DNA from: Eledone cirrhosa | Taxonomy: Eukaryota | Assembly: GCA_964016885.1 (NCBI GenBank) | Contig: OZ024745.1 | Span: forward strand, 79,980,001-80,044,000 | Direction of reading: 5' to 3' | Length of the DNA stretch: 64,000 nt | Shown: positions 26,443-38,614 of the stretch, piece by piece | How positions within the stretch are numbered: position 1 is the stretch's first letter | Layout of the letters: each line of letters starts with the position of its first letter | Made by a program: the position numbers and the translations under genes | Notes under the pieces: model-generated | What the model was told of the DNA's origin: nothing | Database searches by the model: none | Seen by the model: only the letters and a program-made list of their open reading frames with translations

Positions 26443-27390
26443 GGTGTGGATGATATTTGTTCGCAATTTTCAACTGCTAATTTTATGCAAATTTTTTTTA
26501 CTTCCGTTGTCACTCTTGTCTTCATAAAAACAGTGACTATATTTCCATTATTTATTTTCAGAATAATTGATTATGAATAATTTTGAACCTCCAAATTAGT
26601 GGAAGAGACACGGAGTTCTTCTTGGAATCTGCACCGGGAGGACAAATAAGGAAATTTCAGACTTTCTCAGCGTCAGCAGGAGAATAGTGGAAAAGAAAAG
26701 CAACTGAAGCACACGCAAAGAAGCTGATCAACAAGTTGAAACACCCACTGGAGCCAGACATGCTGTCGTTTTTCTCCAACGAGAAAAACTTCTGCCAAGA
26801 CCAGAAGATCAACTCCTAGAACAACAGGTGGCTCGCTGTTTCATCCAAAGACGTGCCCAGAGTCATGCGGACAAAGTTTCCAGCGACAACATTGGTCTTA
26901 GGTGTCGTCAGCATTCAAGGTGAGAGGGCCTCAAGCTGAACACCGACCAGGTAGCTGCAGGTAGGCCGTACATGTGGCAGCAAGACTCAGCGCCCTGGCA
27001 TACCAGCCGAAAGACCCAAGCCTGGCTGTCAGAGAACTTCGTCAACCACACTTCACCTGACATCTGGCCTCCCAGCTTGCCTGACTGCAACCCCCTCAAC
27101 TTCTTTCTGTGGTGCGCAGAACAGATTAAGCTGCAATACGAAAGACGATCTGAAGGCCAGGATCACAAGTGCCTTTAGGGGCCTAAGTTGGGGGACAGTG
27201 ACAAAGGCCTGTAGCCGGTTCCGAGGCCGCCTTGAGGCCATCATCAAAGCCAATGGCGGGTTTATTAAGTGAGATCGAAAGAACAAGTCATGAAGACAAA
27301 CTGATCCAACTTTGATAAATATATCTTAAAAAATAAAACTACTGTGTTATTTTTTCCTAGACAGTAATCTTGCGAACAAATATTGTCCGC
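26440..27390 (+). mobile_element. Degenerate maT-like (DD37D) Tc1/mariner transposon
   Basis: TA|cagggtgtggatgatatttgttcgcaa left TIR, matching ttgcgaacaaatattgtccgca at about 27369-27391; WQQDSAPWH-(37)-PDCNPL(N) spacing; frameshifts. Confidence 0.8.
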
Positions 27391-27708
27391 AATATGGTTA
27401 TTTATAATTCAAACAGATACAGCTTGCTGAAGACACATGCTTCATTGTTATCAAATCAATATTATAGCCATTTTAGAATGGCTGTGTTCAATATCTCTTT
27501 TATAGAAGAATTTTTAAAAAGGGCAGGTAATAATTTTTGGAACTCTTCTATAAAAGAGAAGAGAAGGAACACAACCATTCCAAAATGGCCAGAATGATGA
27601 TTCAATACGAATGAAACATGTCTTCGACAATCTGTATCTGTTAGTGTAATAAATGTCCATCAGGTTTAGTGTTGTACCAGCTTTGGATATTTATTACAAA
27701 ATTAAAAA

Positions 27709-27776
<68 letters not shown>

Positions 27777-28040
27777 AATATAAACATATATATATATATA
27801 ATCATTTTAAAAAAACATAGTCCACGCAGTAATGTGGTCATGTAGGTAACACGGTAAAAAGCTCCCAGTCCACACTGTAAATATGGTTGGTGCTAGGAAG
27901 GGCATCCAGCCGTAGAAATAAAGCCAGATAGACCTATACAGGCGAGACACGGTCACCCGACCAATCTTACCTCAAATGGGACAATTCCCTTCTAACCCAT
28001 CCTAACGTGGAAGATAGATGTTAAATGATGATGATGATGA

Positions 28041-28094
<54 letters not shown>

Positions 28095-28098
<4 letters not shown>

Positions 28099-28458
28099 TC
28101 ATCATCATTTTACGTCCGCTTTTCCCTGCTTGCAAGGGTGGGACGGGAACTGATTCTGGCTTGATTTCTACAGCTAGATGCCCTTCCTAACACCAAGCTC
28201 ATTTACAGTGAGTGCTGGGTGCTTTTTTTCTGTGGCACCTACACGTCCACTTTACAGTGTGGGCTGGGTGCTTTTTTGCCGTGGCACCTCCACGACTACT
28301 TTGCAGTGGAATGATAGGGACCCCAGTCCTATCATCTCATTTCTATAGCTGAGTAAACTAGAGCAATGTGAAATAAAGTGTCTTGCTCAAGAAAACTACA
28401 CATCACCCGGTCTGAGAATTGAACTCACAACCTTTCGATTGAAAGCCATGTGCCTCCA
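28095..28458 (-). mobile_element. tRNA-derived SINE family 2 with RTE subfamily A tail. Other copies at about 39801-40143(+), 43078-43401(-), 55138-55572(+), 63291-63640(+)
   Basis: Head ggaggcacatggcttagtggttagagc...gagttcaattctc; 3' end cccgtcccacccttgcaagcagggaaaagcggacgtaaaa(tga)n is identical to the end of the RTE at 28522-28577. Confidence 0.9.
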
Positions 28459-28521
28459 TTATATTTATATATATATATATATATATATAATGGAGGCATA
28501 TATATATATATATATATATAT

Positions 28522-31500
28522 ATCATAATCATCATCATTTTACGTCCGCTTTTCCCTGCTTGCAAGGGTGGGACGGGTCTTATTCAGCACAGCATATCTC
28601 CACTCGTCACGGTCCTTCGTCATCTCCACCGTGAGCTTCAATGATCTGAGGTCTGTTCTCACCACCTCCGCCCATGTTTTTCGTGGTTTACCTCTACCAC
28701 GTCTTCCTTCAACTGGCATTTCCTGGCACTTCTTCACCCATCGGTCATCCTCCATGCGCATCACATGTCCATACCACCTCAGTCTCCTCTCCCGTACACT
28801 ACATTCTATCCCTCTCAGACACAGTTTCTCTCTCAACACATTTATGCTGGGTCGTTCACGCACATTTACACTGCACATCCAACGGAGCATGCTTGCCTAA
28901 TTTCTCTCCAGCCGTCGCATATCCTCTGCAGTTGCTGCCCATGTCTCACTACCATGCAGCATCGCGCTCCTCACACAGGCATCGTACAACCGGCCTTTCG
29001 TACGCAGGGAGAAACCCTTCTTCGTCAACAGAGGAAGCAGCTCCCTAAACTTCTTCCAATCCATCCTTATTCTAGATACTATGGCCTCGGAACACCCTCC
29101 TCCCATGCTAATCTGATCACCTAGGTACCGGAAGCTATCCACCACTTCTATAGTGCCCTCCTGCATTTGAAAAATGTGTCTATCAATGCGACTTCTACTG
29201 TCTAATTTCCCTGTACATCTACTGCATACATATTTCTCCCTACCTGTTAGTTTGCCTGCTATCCCGCTACATCTCTTGTGTACCCAGGATCTGCATTGTG
29301 TGCATTTTATAGAATTTATGCCAGTTCCTTTTCTGCATATCGAACATGGCCATTTCCCTGACGGAATCAGGGTTTTGTCCTCTTTTCTACTCATCAACAC
29401 TTTTGTCTTAGCTAGGTTCACTCTCAGTCCTCTTGCTTCCAACTGCTGTTTCCATAGCCAGAATTTATTCTCTAGCTCCTATACTGATTCTGCTATAAGA
29501 ACCAGATCATCAGCATAGAGAAGTTCCCATGGACAGCCAGTCTTAAACTCCTCTGTTATGGCTTGGAGGACTATAATGAACAAGAATGGGCTGAGGACTG
29601 AACCCTGATGTACTCCTACTTGTATCTGGAATTCCTCACTAAACTCCATTCCTACCCTGACTTTACTGAGAGTACCTCTGTACAAAGTTTGCACTGTCCT
29701 CACAAGCCATTCCTCAACACCTAGCTTCCTTAGGGACCACCAGATGACAGATCGGGGTACCCTATCAAAGGCCTTCTCTAGGTCAACAAAGGCTAAGTAT
29801 AGTGGCTTATTCTTCTCTAAAAACCTCTCTTGCAATTGTCTCACCAAGAAGAGGGCATCTGTTGTACTCTTCCCAGGCACAAAACCAAACTGCATCTCAT
29901 CTAGTTTGACCCTTTCTCTAATTAGTTGTGCTAATATCCTTTCTGCCACTTTCATAACCTGATCTATCAGTTTTATACCCCTATAATTGCTCCTCTCCAG
30001 AGCATCCCCTTTACCTTTGTAGCAATTTATGAGAATACTGCTGCACCAGTCTTTGGGTATGACACCACCATATATAGCCTGATTGATGATGCGTGCAACC
30101 AGTTTAGTGCCTACGTCCCCTGATGCCTTCAGCATCTCAGCAACTATTCCCGATGGTCCCGCAGCCTTACCATTTTTCATTTCCCTAATCGCCTCTTGGA
30201 CCCTATATTCGTCAATCTCAATAGCTGGTCCCTCTGTCGGATCTACTAAAGGTAATTTCTCTCTCTCCCATTCGTTCTCCACATTCATCAGTCTCTCATA
30301 ATGACATTTCCAGGCCTCCTTTTTCTGCTCATTCGTGACACTAAGTACACCGGCATCATCCCGGACACATTTATCTCCAACAACATCCTGATTTGCATTG
30401 ACACACTGCCTTGCAATGTGGAACACCGCACGCCTCTGATCTTCCCGTCGCAGAACATTGGCAAACCTCCTACTCTCGGCCTTCCTGCGTGCTAAGTACA
30501 CCTGACGTCTAGCTTCTCTCTTAGTGGCTGTATATTCTTCCCTACTCCCACCCTTTTTCCAAGCCTTCCATGCTAGTCTTTTGTCTCTAATAGCCTTATC
30601 TACTGTGCTGTTCCACCACCAGGTCACTCTCTGTCTGGTTGGAAATCTGCTCCAGCCACAAGTTTCATCAGTAGCCTGCAGCAAGTTGTCACGTAAGAAA
30701 TTCCAGTTATTATCTATGTCATACGTCTCTAAATCGTCTTCTTTTTCGTCATATACATCTTGAAGGGCTTTACTACATTTGTATTTTAGTGAAAGGTCTT
30801 TTAGCTTCCAGACCTTTCTTCTCCACACCTTCCTATATGTCTCATTCCATCTCTTGCTTACTGAGATATCACTAACAACTAACCCATGCTGTGGGGTACA
30901 TTCTTCCCCAGGGTATGCCTTGGTATTAGACACTATCTGCCTGTCCCGCTGCCTAACTAGTAAGAAGTCAATCTGGCTTATGTGCTCACCAGATTTGTAG
31001 GTTATTAGGTGATTGGCAGGTTTCTGGAAGTTTGTGTTGCAAATAGTCAATGTACTCGCATCACAAAATTCAAGAAGTCTCACTCCTTCTTCATTTCTTG
31101 AGCCGTAACCGTGCCCACCATGTACCCCAGTGTAACCATCCTGGAGCTGTCCAACATGACCATTGAAGTCTCCTGCTAGCATAACGATGTCTCCGTCCTC
31201 TGTCATTGCGGTTGTTTGTAAAAGTTGCTCGTAAAAGCAGTCTTTCTCATCTTTGCCTAGGCCTGCTTGGAGAGCATAGGCCGAGATGATTGTCAGTAGT
31301 CTCCTGCCTACAACTAATTTAAGCTTAATTATTCGATTACTAACTCAAACTACCTCTATTGTCTTATTGATCCATTTCTCAGCCAGGAAAATGCCTACTC
31401 CCCCTAACCCATCATCCTTACCTACACAGAATAACTTTTAGCTAAGACGTTCGCCTACGACTAGTCTCGCAGAGGCACCTCTCCATCTCATCTCTTGCAC

Positions 31501-31800
31501 GCAGCACACATCCACCTGTCTTCTCTCCAGCATCTCCGCTATTTCAGCAGATCTACCTCTGAGAGTGCCAACATTAAGTGTTGCAACTCTTGAGATGCGA
31601 CGTCCTCATATTTTGCTGTTGTTCCTATTTGCTGCTGTGCTGATAAGCATTTTGGCATTGATACACTGGTTGGATGCCCTTCCTAATACCAGCGCCACTT
31701 TACAGCATGGACTGGGTGCTTTTATTTGTGCCACCAGCACTAGAGAGGATGTCTTACTAGACTCAAGGGCCCTCTCTACGCCTCCATTTTACAGCATGGT
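28522..31800 (-). mobile_element. Near full-length RTE LINE (subfamily A): APE endonuclease, RT and PHD-type finger
   Basis: One frame from about 31590 to 28540: ATLNVGTL, VQE, GDFNGHVG, SQIDF, NYRGIKL, QFGF, FVDLEKAFD, GVHQGSVLSP, LYADD; in-frame stops at 31438, 31345, 29479, 28897; (GAT)n tail. Confidence 0.96.
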
Positions 31801-32079
31801 CATTAAAAAAAAAAAAAAAAAAAAAACTTATTGACATGACGCACGCACACTCACACACTAACACTCATGCATACAAACCACAAACACACACACCACTCAC
31901 ATACCAACACTCATTCATGCATACAAACACACACACCACTCACATGTATATATATATATATATATTACCGGCAGTACTGATACAAATACAAAATCAAAAT
32001 CATGTCAACTGTTGACTTTTCCCAGTCCAGTTCAGTTTTTGTATAATAATAATAATAATTGTTTGCTTTACGCTGGTAA

Positions 32080-32219
32080 TGGCGGTGGTGGTGGTGGTGG
32101 ATGGTGTCAGTGTGGTGGTGGTGGATGGTCAGTGATGGTGGTGGCAGTTGTTGGTGCTGTAGTTGTTATTGTAGTTGCTGCTGCTGTTGCTGTTGTTGTT
32201 GTTGTTGTTGCTGTTGTTG

Positions 32220-32250
<31 letters not shown>

Positions 32251-32420
32251 TGCCGTTGTTGTTCTTCATTTCACTGATGCTGCAGATAATGGTGTTGATG
32301 TTGTTATTGTAGTCGCATATATATAAATACATACATACACACACATTCAACACAGACAATGGTGTTGTTGCCGTTGTTGTTGTCGGTGTCGCTGCTGTTG
32401 TTGTAGTTGTAGTTGTTGCT
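32080..32420. repeat. Compound trinucleotide repeat (GGT/GTT/GCT)
   Basis: Directly visible. Confidence 0.9.
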
Positions 32421-32948
32421 GTGTTGAAATCTGGTCGCATCCACTGAGATATACATATACACACACACATACACACATGTATATACACATACATACATCA
32501 AAAGAGTTAGCAGTATGTCAACAGTCAACAGGTCAGCCACCTTAGATAGAGTAATGAGTACTGTGGTGATGGTGGGGAGCGAGTGTAGACGTTATTGTTA
32601 TTGTGGTGGTGGGGGTCAGTGAGATGTACAAGTTCATAGTTCACTTGTCTCTTTTCCTCTCTCTTCAAAATTTTGAATTTATGGCCTTTTGCAATGGCGG
32701 ACAAGTATATATAATATATATATAAGAGAAGCAAAGAAAATTTCAATGATACAAAAGATTTCCTGGTGGAAGTTCAGGTGTACTCAGGGTTGGTATCCAG
32801 TTTCGGGGTGAAAATCCAATTAGAAAATCCAACTAATTTTGAGAGGTCCACGTAAGCATTGATATATATATGTATGTAAAATGTAAACAGAAATAACAAC
32901 ACATATACTAATGAACATGTTTTTACATTAAACACAGAGGGACATCTG

Positions 32949-33005
<57 letters not shown>

Positions 33006-34306
33006 ATGTATGTTATGTATGTATGACCCCTTAGCCTTTGTCAAGGCAGAATTCTAGGAGAAGGAAAACTCTGATATAACACCTGCAACCCTGATGGTGG
33101 TATCCAATGATGTTGACTTGTTCTTCTTTTTGGTAAATATCATCTTGGTTAAGAGAGTGGGACTGGCTTTGTGCAGTGCCTTTGCTCACTATAAAAGCTT
33201 CACGGCACAGGCATTGCTTTATATCTGGAGATCTCTCTGCACTTGTCATCACATGGTACCACGGGCCCAGCACTATGTGTCAATAATTGTCACAAGTGTA
33301 GTGTTTGTACCAGAGTTTTCAAGTCGCTGGCTGGACTAAAAAGCCACACTCGTTCAGTGCATCGGTAGGGTTTCTCCTACATGGATATAAAGTAGTGGCC
33401 GTACTCGAAAATGAGTTGGCAGCCACCATGTATGTATGTATATATAAATATATATATATAGGAACGCGTAGGACCCCGATGGCTGAGCTCAAGCCGTTTC
33501 GACGGCTAATTCTGGACTAAATGGAAATTTTTATCCTGGTATATGAATAGCCAAGCTTCTCAGGGGGTAATTCCATATATGGTAAAAGTGATTGTCACAA
33601 GGATTGGTCAAAAGTTTGTTGTTGAGACACATAATTCTATCATGGCAATTTGTGGAAGGAAGGGGTAGCTGAACCTGCCAGTAGAAGAAAGAGGGAGAGG
33701 GAGAGGAGGAAACCCAGTCGTGCGTTGATAGTGCCAACTACAGCAGGGCAGGAGGTCAAGCAAGTATACTAGGGAGGGGGAGGGGGAGGAAGATGAAACA
33801 ATAAGTAAATCAATATGGAGTAAATATATAGAAGAATACCAAGAATGTTAAAAATATAAAAAAACAATTTCTGGTTACTATTCCCTAACGACAGTCATCA
33901 AGTCTCTCACTGGTACTGCTAAACTATAGAAAAGTTTACTAGGTGGGACGGAATTGTAATGAGACCATTTTAAGAGTTAGTAGTAATCAAACGAGTATAT
34001 CTTACGGTGACAGGTCAACAAGTGGGGGGCCAAAATACTAAAGAAACTACCACGAAATAATAATTCAAAGTCCCGAAACTAATACGAAATAATTGCCTCC
34101 ACCCTAGGCACAAGGCCAGCAACCACCCAGTGCAAAAAATAAACTAATACGAAATAATAATTCAGAATCCCGAAAATGAATACTAATACTATCTCTAAGG
34201 GTGCTGCTACGATACAAAAATTCTAGTGCAAACTACATAAATGCTCGTACGAGGTATATGAAAAATTTGATACGAAAAATTAATTCAGAATCCCCCCCCC
34301 CCCCAA

Positions 34307-34468
34307 AGTGTTGATGGTATCAGAGCCTTGGGACATATGGGATATGTCCCAAGGCTCTGATACCATCAACACTATAAACACAGAGCTGGCATGTCTAAGA
34401 ACTGACTAACTGCCTGAGGTCATAGCCATTCAATGGCTATCATCGAAATATATATAGCAGTAAATAAA

Positions 34469-34472
<4 letters not shown>
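34307..34472 (+). mobile_element. Mini element: 32-bp fold-back hairpin, degenerate hammerhead (family G), AATAAA, (TA)n
   Basis: Perfect arms 34307-34338 and 34342-34373; actgc-CTGA[tga missing]ggtcatagccatt c aatggctatcatc-GAAA-tatata-TA-gcagt at 34409-34461. Confidence 0.75.
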
Positions 34473-34516
<44 letters not shown>

Positions 34517-34517
<1 letters not shown>

Positions 34518-35083
34518 AATAAGAAAAATATTCAAAATAAATTTCAAAAAATTCACTGTACTTACTATAGTTACCTTTACCGAGTCGGTTTCGAGTCTCA
34601 AAAATAAATGGACAGTCCTTCTGGCTCGTTAATTTATTAACCTGCCATTGAACCACATTGGCATATGGTTGGACAATACATGTGTCCCTATACGCTTTTT
34701 GCGTGTAGGGATATATACTTTATTATTATTATTCTCCTCTTGGTCGAGATAAAATTTGGTCGTTGTGACTGCTGCTATTTATAGTGGTAGTAGACTGACC
34801 TCCCTGCCTCTGCTTCTATCTTTACACACGGCACTGGACAGAATTGCTTCCACATCATTCATTCTCATCTCGGGAACAATTTTGAATAGCGCCAGTTCGT
34901 AATTTGAACTTGGGAATTTTATATTCTCCGAGTGAAAAGAACCTTCTGATGAGAGTTTATCTTTTCAATGGAAGGCCGCAAGGACTGTCCATTTATTTTT
35001 GAGACTCGAAACCGATTCGGTAAAGGTAACTATAGTAAGTACAGTGAATTTTTGGAAATTTATTTTGAAACTTTTTCTTATTT
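34517..35083. mobile_element. ORF-less element with about 104-bp inverted arms carrying the family H hammerhead
   Basis: 34517-34620 is the reverse complement of 34980-35083; (TA)n flanks. Confidence 0.8.
34941..35027 (+). ncRNA. Canonical type I hammerhead ribozyme with extended stem II (family H)
   Basis: acctt-CTGATGA-gagttt...agactc-GAAA-ccg att cgg-TA-aaggt; all core nucleotides present, 5-bp stem I, stable stem III, GUA triplet with predicted cut after 35022. Confidence 0.9.
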
Positions 35084-35094
35084 GCTAAACCTTG

Positions 35095-35129
<35 letters not shown>

Positions 35130-35224
35130 GTAGAACAATGGAAGGTAATATCTGTAGTGGTAGAGCACTCAGTCCATAGGATGAGTTAGGTAGAAGTGGT
35201 TACACAACAGTTAGTTTACCATGC

Positions 35225-35262
35225 CGAGAACAATTGTTTCACCTTAGCGGATCCTCAGCTTA
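35225..35262 (-). ncRNA. Hammerhead motif (family E)
   Basis: aag-CTGAGGA-tccgctaaggt-GAAA-caattg-TT-ctcg, same as 9334-9371. Confidence 0.6.
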
Positions 35263-35566
35263 TTTTAGTTATTGAATCGCCCAAGGCGGAGGTATCTTGT
35301 CTTTAATGCGAAGAAATACCAACTGATGATGCATAGTCCTAATTTCTAATTTTTCATTTTTTATTATACTTATTTGCAACAACACAGCTCGCCATTTTTG
35401 ATTTATATGTATATATATATATATTTATAAATATGCAAAAGTTTTATTTAAGATTGTTGGGTTACAACGAGTAAATATTTTATAACTGACCAAATCAACT
35501 TTTTAAATGGAAGTTGCATTATTATAAGGTATGTCAATAATTATTTATAAAACAGCTTATGTATTG

Positions 35567-35632
35567 TATTTTGTCTGAGGAAGGCATACCATATTTTTAA
35601 TATGATATCCCAGAAATATATATAACGAAATA
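35567..35632 (+). ncRNA. Type I hammerhead ribozyme (family C)
   Basis: tattttgt-CTGAGGA-aggcataccatatt ttt aatatgatatccca-GAAA-tatata-TA-acgaaata. Confidence 0.8.
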
Positions 35633-36174
35633 AATATGGTTTTATAAATATAGTTTCCATTTGTTTAATATCGTATATATATATATATATATTAGTGGAA
35701 GTAGAAGATCTACCACAAGCTTGGTGGTTTCAGCTAGTTACCTCTTTTAGCCATTATCAGGCAAATTTTCGAATTTAAAAAAGATGAGAGGAGAGAGTGG
35801 GGGTAGGGAAGGGACGTTGATTTGAGGAGGAAGAAAGAATGAGGAGGAAAGGGAGGGGTAGAATAGTAGAGAAGAAAGAAAAAAAAGAAAAGTAGAAAAG
35901 GAAAACAGATACGATACACAGATAAACAAGACTATATAACCCAGGCACTATTGAGTGGGAGTGTAGGGTAGGGTCACAATGGGAGGTCACAGGGCTATTG
36001 CTTGCGTGGGTAGAAGTTCAGTCAGTGGTTAAGATTACCTTTTCCTCACAATAGATCCTCTATTTCCACTAATATACCCACTCTGCATCTTACTATGTAT
36101 TGAATACTTCTTTGATTTGTAGTCTTGAGAGTCTCAGTACCATAGACTATCAATATATATATACACACAACAGA

Positions 36175-36912
36175 ACCCTCTGTGTTCAGAGAACGTGAGG
36201 CCGCCTGTGAGACGTGGGACCGGCTGGGGCTTAGCCCAGTAGACGTCCCTCCTCCTTCTCCCCCTGTTGATTCAAGTCCCCCCAATGCATTGGGATGCCA
36301 TCCAGTGCAGCCTGGCCTCAGACAGGCTCATGCGCCAGCTCGACCAAAACCGCCTTGCTTGTTTTCGTGCGGCCACCCCACAGTGGTGCCTGGCTCCATG
36401 CTCTGCCCTCCTTCTCCACTGGCATACAGCTAGACAACCATAGCCTGCGAATCGGCGTTTCCCTGAGGCTCGGCCTCCGGATCTGCCAGCCACACCAATG
36501 TCGCTGCGGTTCCACCCGCTTTCCTGTCGCCACAGTGCCGGCCGCATTCCACACCATGCTGCCCTCAACGAGGTCATTAAGCATGGCTTGGATGCTGCAG
36601 GCTTCCCTTCCCAGCTCGAGCCGGTGGGGCTGGATCGAGGGGACGGCAAAAGGCCAGATGGCATGACCATGTTCCCGTTCCGCGGTGGCAAACCCCTCAT
36701 CTGTGATGCCACTTGCACCGACACTTTCTGCAGCCGCAACCTGGTGCAGTCTGCGACTGACCCAGGTTCTGCTGTACGTCGGGCTGAGGGGACCAAACTC
36801 CTCAAATACCGGTCGCTCTCCGACAGGTTTGCGGTCGTTCTCCTGGCAGTGGAAACTTCTGGTGTCCTCGGCCCCAGAGCTACCTCCTTACTCACCACCA
36901 TAGGCGCTGAGT
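36175..36912 (+). mobile_element. Fragment of a CRE-like non-LTR element with restriction-like endonuclease (RLE)
   Basis: GC-rich; HSGAWLHALP...LRLG...CRCG, H.LSC...H, EP.GL.RGDGKRPDGMT.FP...DAT, AE..K..KY, AVETSG; frameshift near 36510. Confidence 0.8.
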
Positions 36913-36979
36913 GTACCATTACGTGGGCCCCATCGCGTACTATTACATTAGTTAAATACCATTCTTTCATTTCATACAT

Positions 36980-37978
36980 ATATGGAAGCTTAATTAAGAA
37001 TGTAGGATTCACATGCAGCAGCTGTGCTGAAACAGCAAGCAAACAGCCACAGGAAACAAGTACCACCAATCTCTGGGAGGGCCCTGTAGAAACAGTAGAC
37101 AGCTTCTGCTACCTAGGTGACCGAATTAGCAACGGAGGTGGGTGCTCAGAAAGTACAATAACTAGGGTAAGAACGGGATGGAAGAAGTTTAGGGAACTAC
37201 TACCACTGCTAGCTGCAAAAGGCTTCTCCCTCAGAATGAAAGGCAGACTGTATGATGCGTGTATCCGAACAGCGATGTTGCATGGTAGTGAGACCTGGGC
37301 GCTGAAGGTGGAAGACTTACGTAGATTAGAGAGAAACGAAGCCTGCATGCTCCGATGGATGTGTAACAGTAATATACGTGAACGACAAAGCATAAATGAA
37401 TTGAGAGAGAGACTGAGCATAAGAGGAATCAAATGCTGCGTGCAGGAGAGGCGGTTACGCTGGTATGGACATGTGATGCGTATGAAGGATGACAGCTGCA
37501 TAAAAAGGTGCAGAGCACTAGAAGTTGATGGAAACCGCGGAGTGGGGAGACCCAAGATGACTTGGGATGAGGTGATAAAAGCCGACCTTACCCAACTACA
37601 CCTCTCAAAGTCAATGACACACGACCGTGACTTCTGGCGTCACGCAGTAATACAGGGTACCCGACCTCCCATGGGTACATGCTGAAGCATATAAACAATA
37701 TGCCCCCCCCCCCCCCACCGCAAGGTGGTCGTGGAGGTGCCACGGCAAAAAAGCACCCAGCCCACACTGTAAAGTGGACGTGTAGGCGCCACGAAAAAGC
37801 ACCCAGCACTCACTGTAAATGAGGTTGGTGTTAGGAAGGGCATCCAGCTGTAGAAATCAAGCCAGATCAGTTCCTGTATGAGCAAGGCATGGTCAGCCGA
37901 CCAGACACTGCCCACAACAGGACAACCCGTCTAACCCATGCTAGCGTGGAAGAACGGACGTAAAACGGTGATGATGAT
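36980..37978 (+). mobile_element. 5'-truncated RTE LINE, subfamily C, with extended 3' module
   Basis: VDSFCYLGD, MLHGSETW, RLRWYGHVMRM, ends QGTRPPMGTC*; about 290-nt 3' UTR and (GAT)n tail. Confidence 0.92.
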
Positions 37979-38614
37979 ATAGCATATATAAAAACCTCTT
38001 AACTATCACACACATTGCAATTGTGTTTTATCGAAACGGTGATTAATTTTCAATGGGACAGTATATACAAGGGCGGTGGATTGGCAGTATTGGTAGAGGG
38101 TCGGACACCATGCTTTGCAGCAAAGAGTTACGGTCCTTTATGGTCTGAGTTCAAATCCCGCCGAGGTTAACTTTGCCTTCCATCCTTACAGGGTCGATAA
38201 AATAAAGTACCAGTAATACACTGGGTAATTGCTGGCCTTGTGCCAAAAGTAGAAACAATATATATATATACAGTATGTGTGTGCAGGCATGGCTGTGAAG
38301 TTAAGGAGTTTGCTTTCACAACAATATGATTTCAGGTTAATCCCTTAATACACCAGCTTGAGCAAGTGTTATAATCTAGCCTTAAGTTGACCAATGTCTT
38401 GTGAGTGAAATTTAGTAGACACACCATCACAAATAAGTTCAGTTGTTCCTCCTAAATAGGTTAGGGCATCATGTCTTAAATGAAAGATCAATTTTTGGTA
38501 CGGACCCTATGATTAGATACCCTTCCTAACATCAATCAGAGTCTCCCAGGTGCACTCTATCATAGCACCAGCACTAGAGAATTTGTCATGCCCTGGAGTC
38601 CTTTCTTCTCTGCA

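Noticed and set aside
32012-32540. Asn/Ser/His-rich ORFs as a transcription-factor exon
   Set aside because: Compound triplet microsatellite with no splice signals that fit the host gene.
33875-33935. ctaacga-cagt...actg-ctaaa-ctatag hammerhead-like pattern
   Set aside because: At least two core positions deviate; cannot be separated from chance in AT-rich DNA.
35323-35345. CTGATGA as another hammerhead
   Set aside because: No stem II or GAAA follows; the same applies to CTGATGA at about 41340 and 56294.
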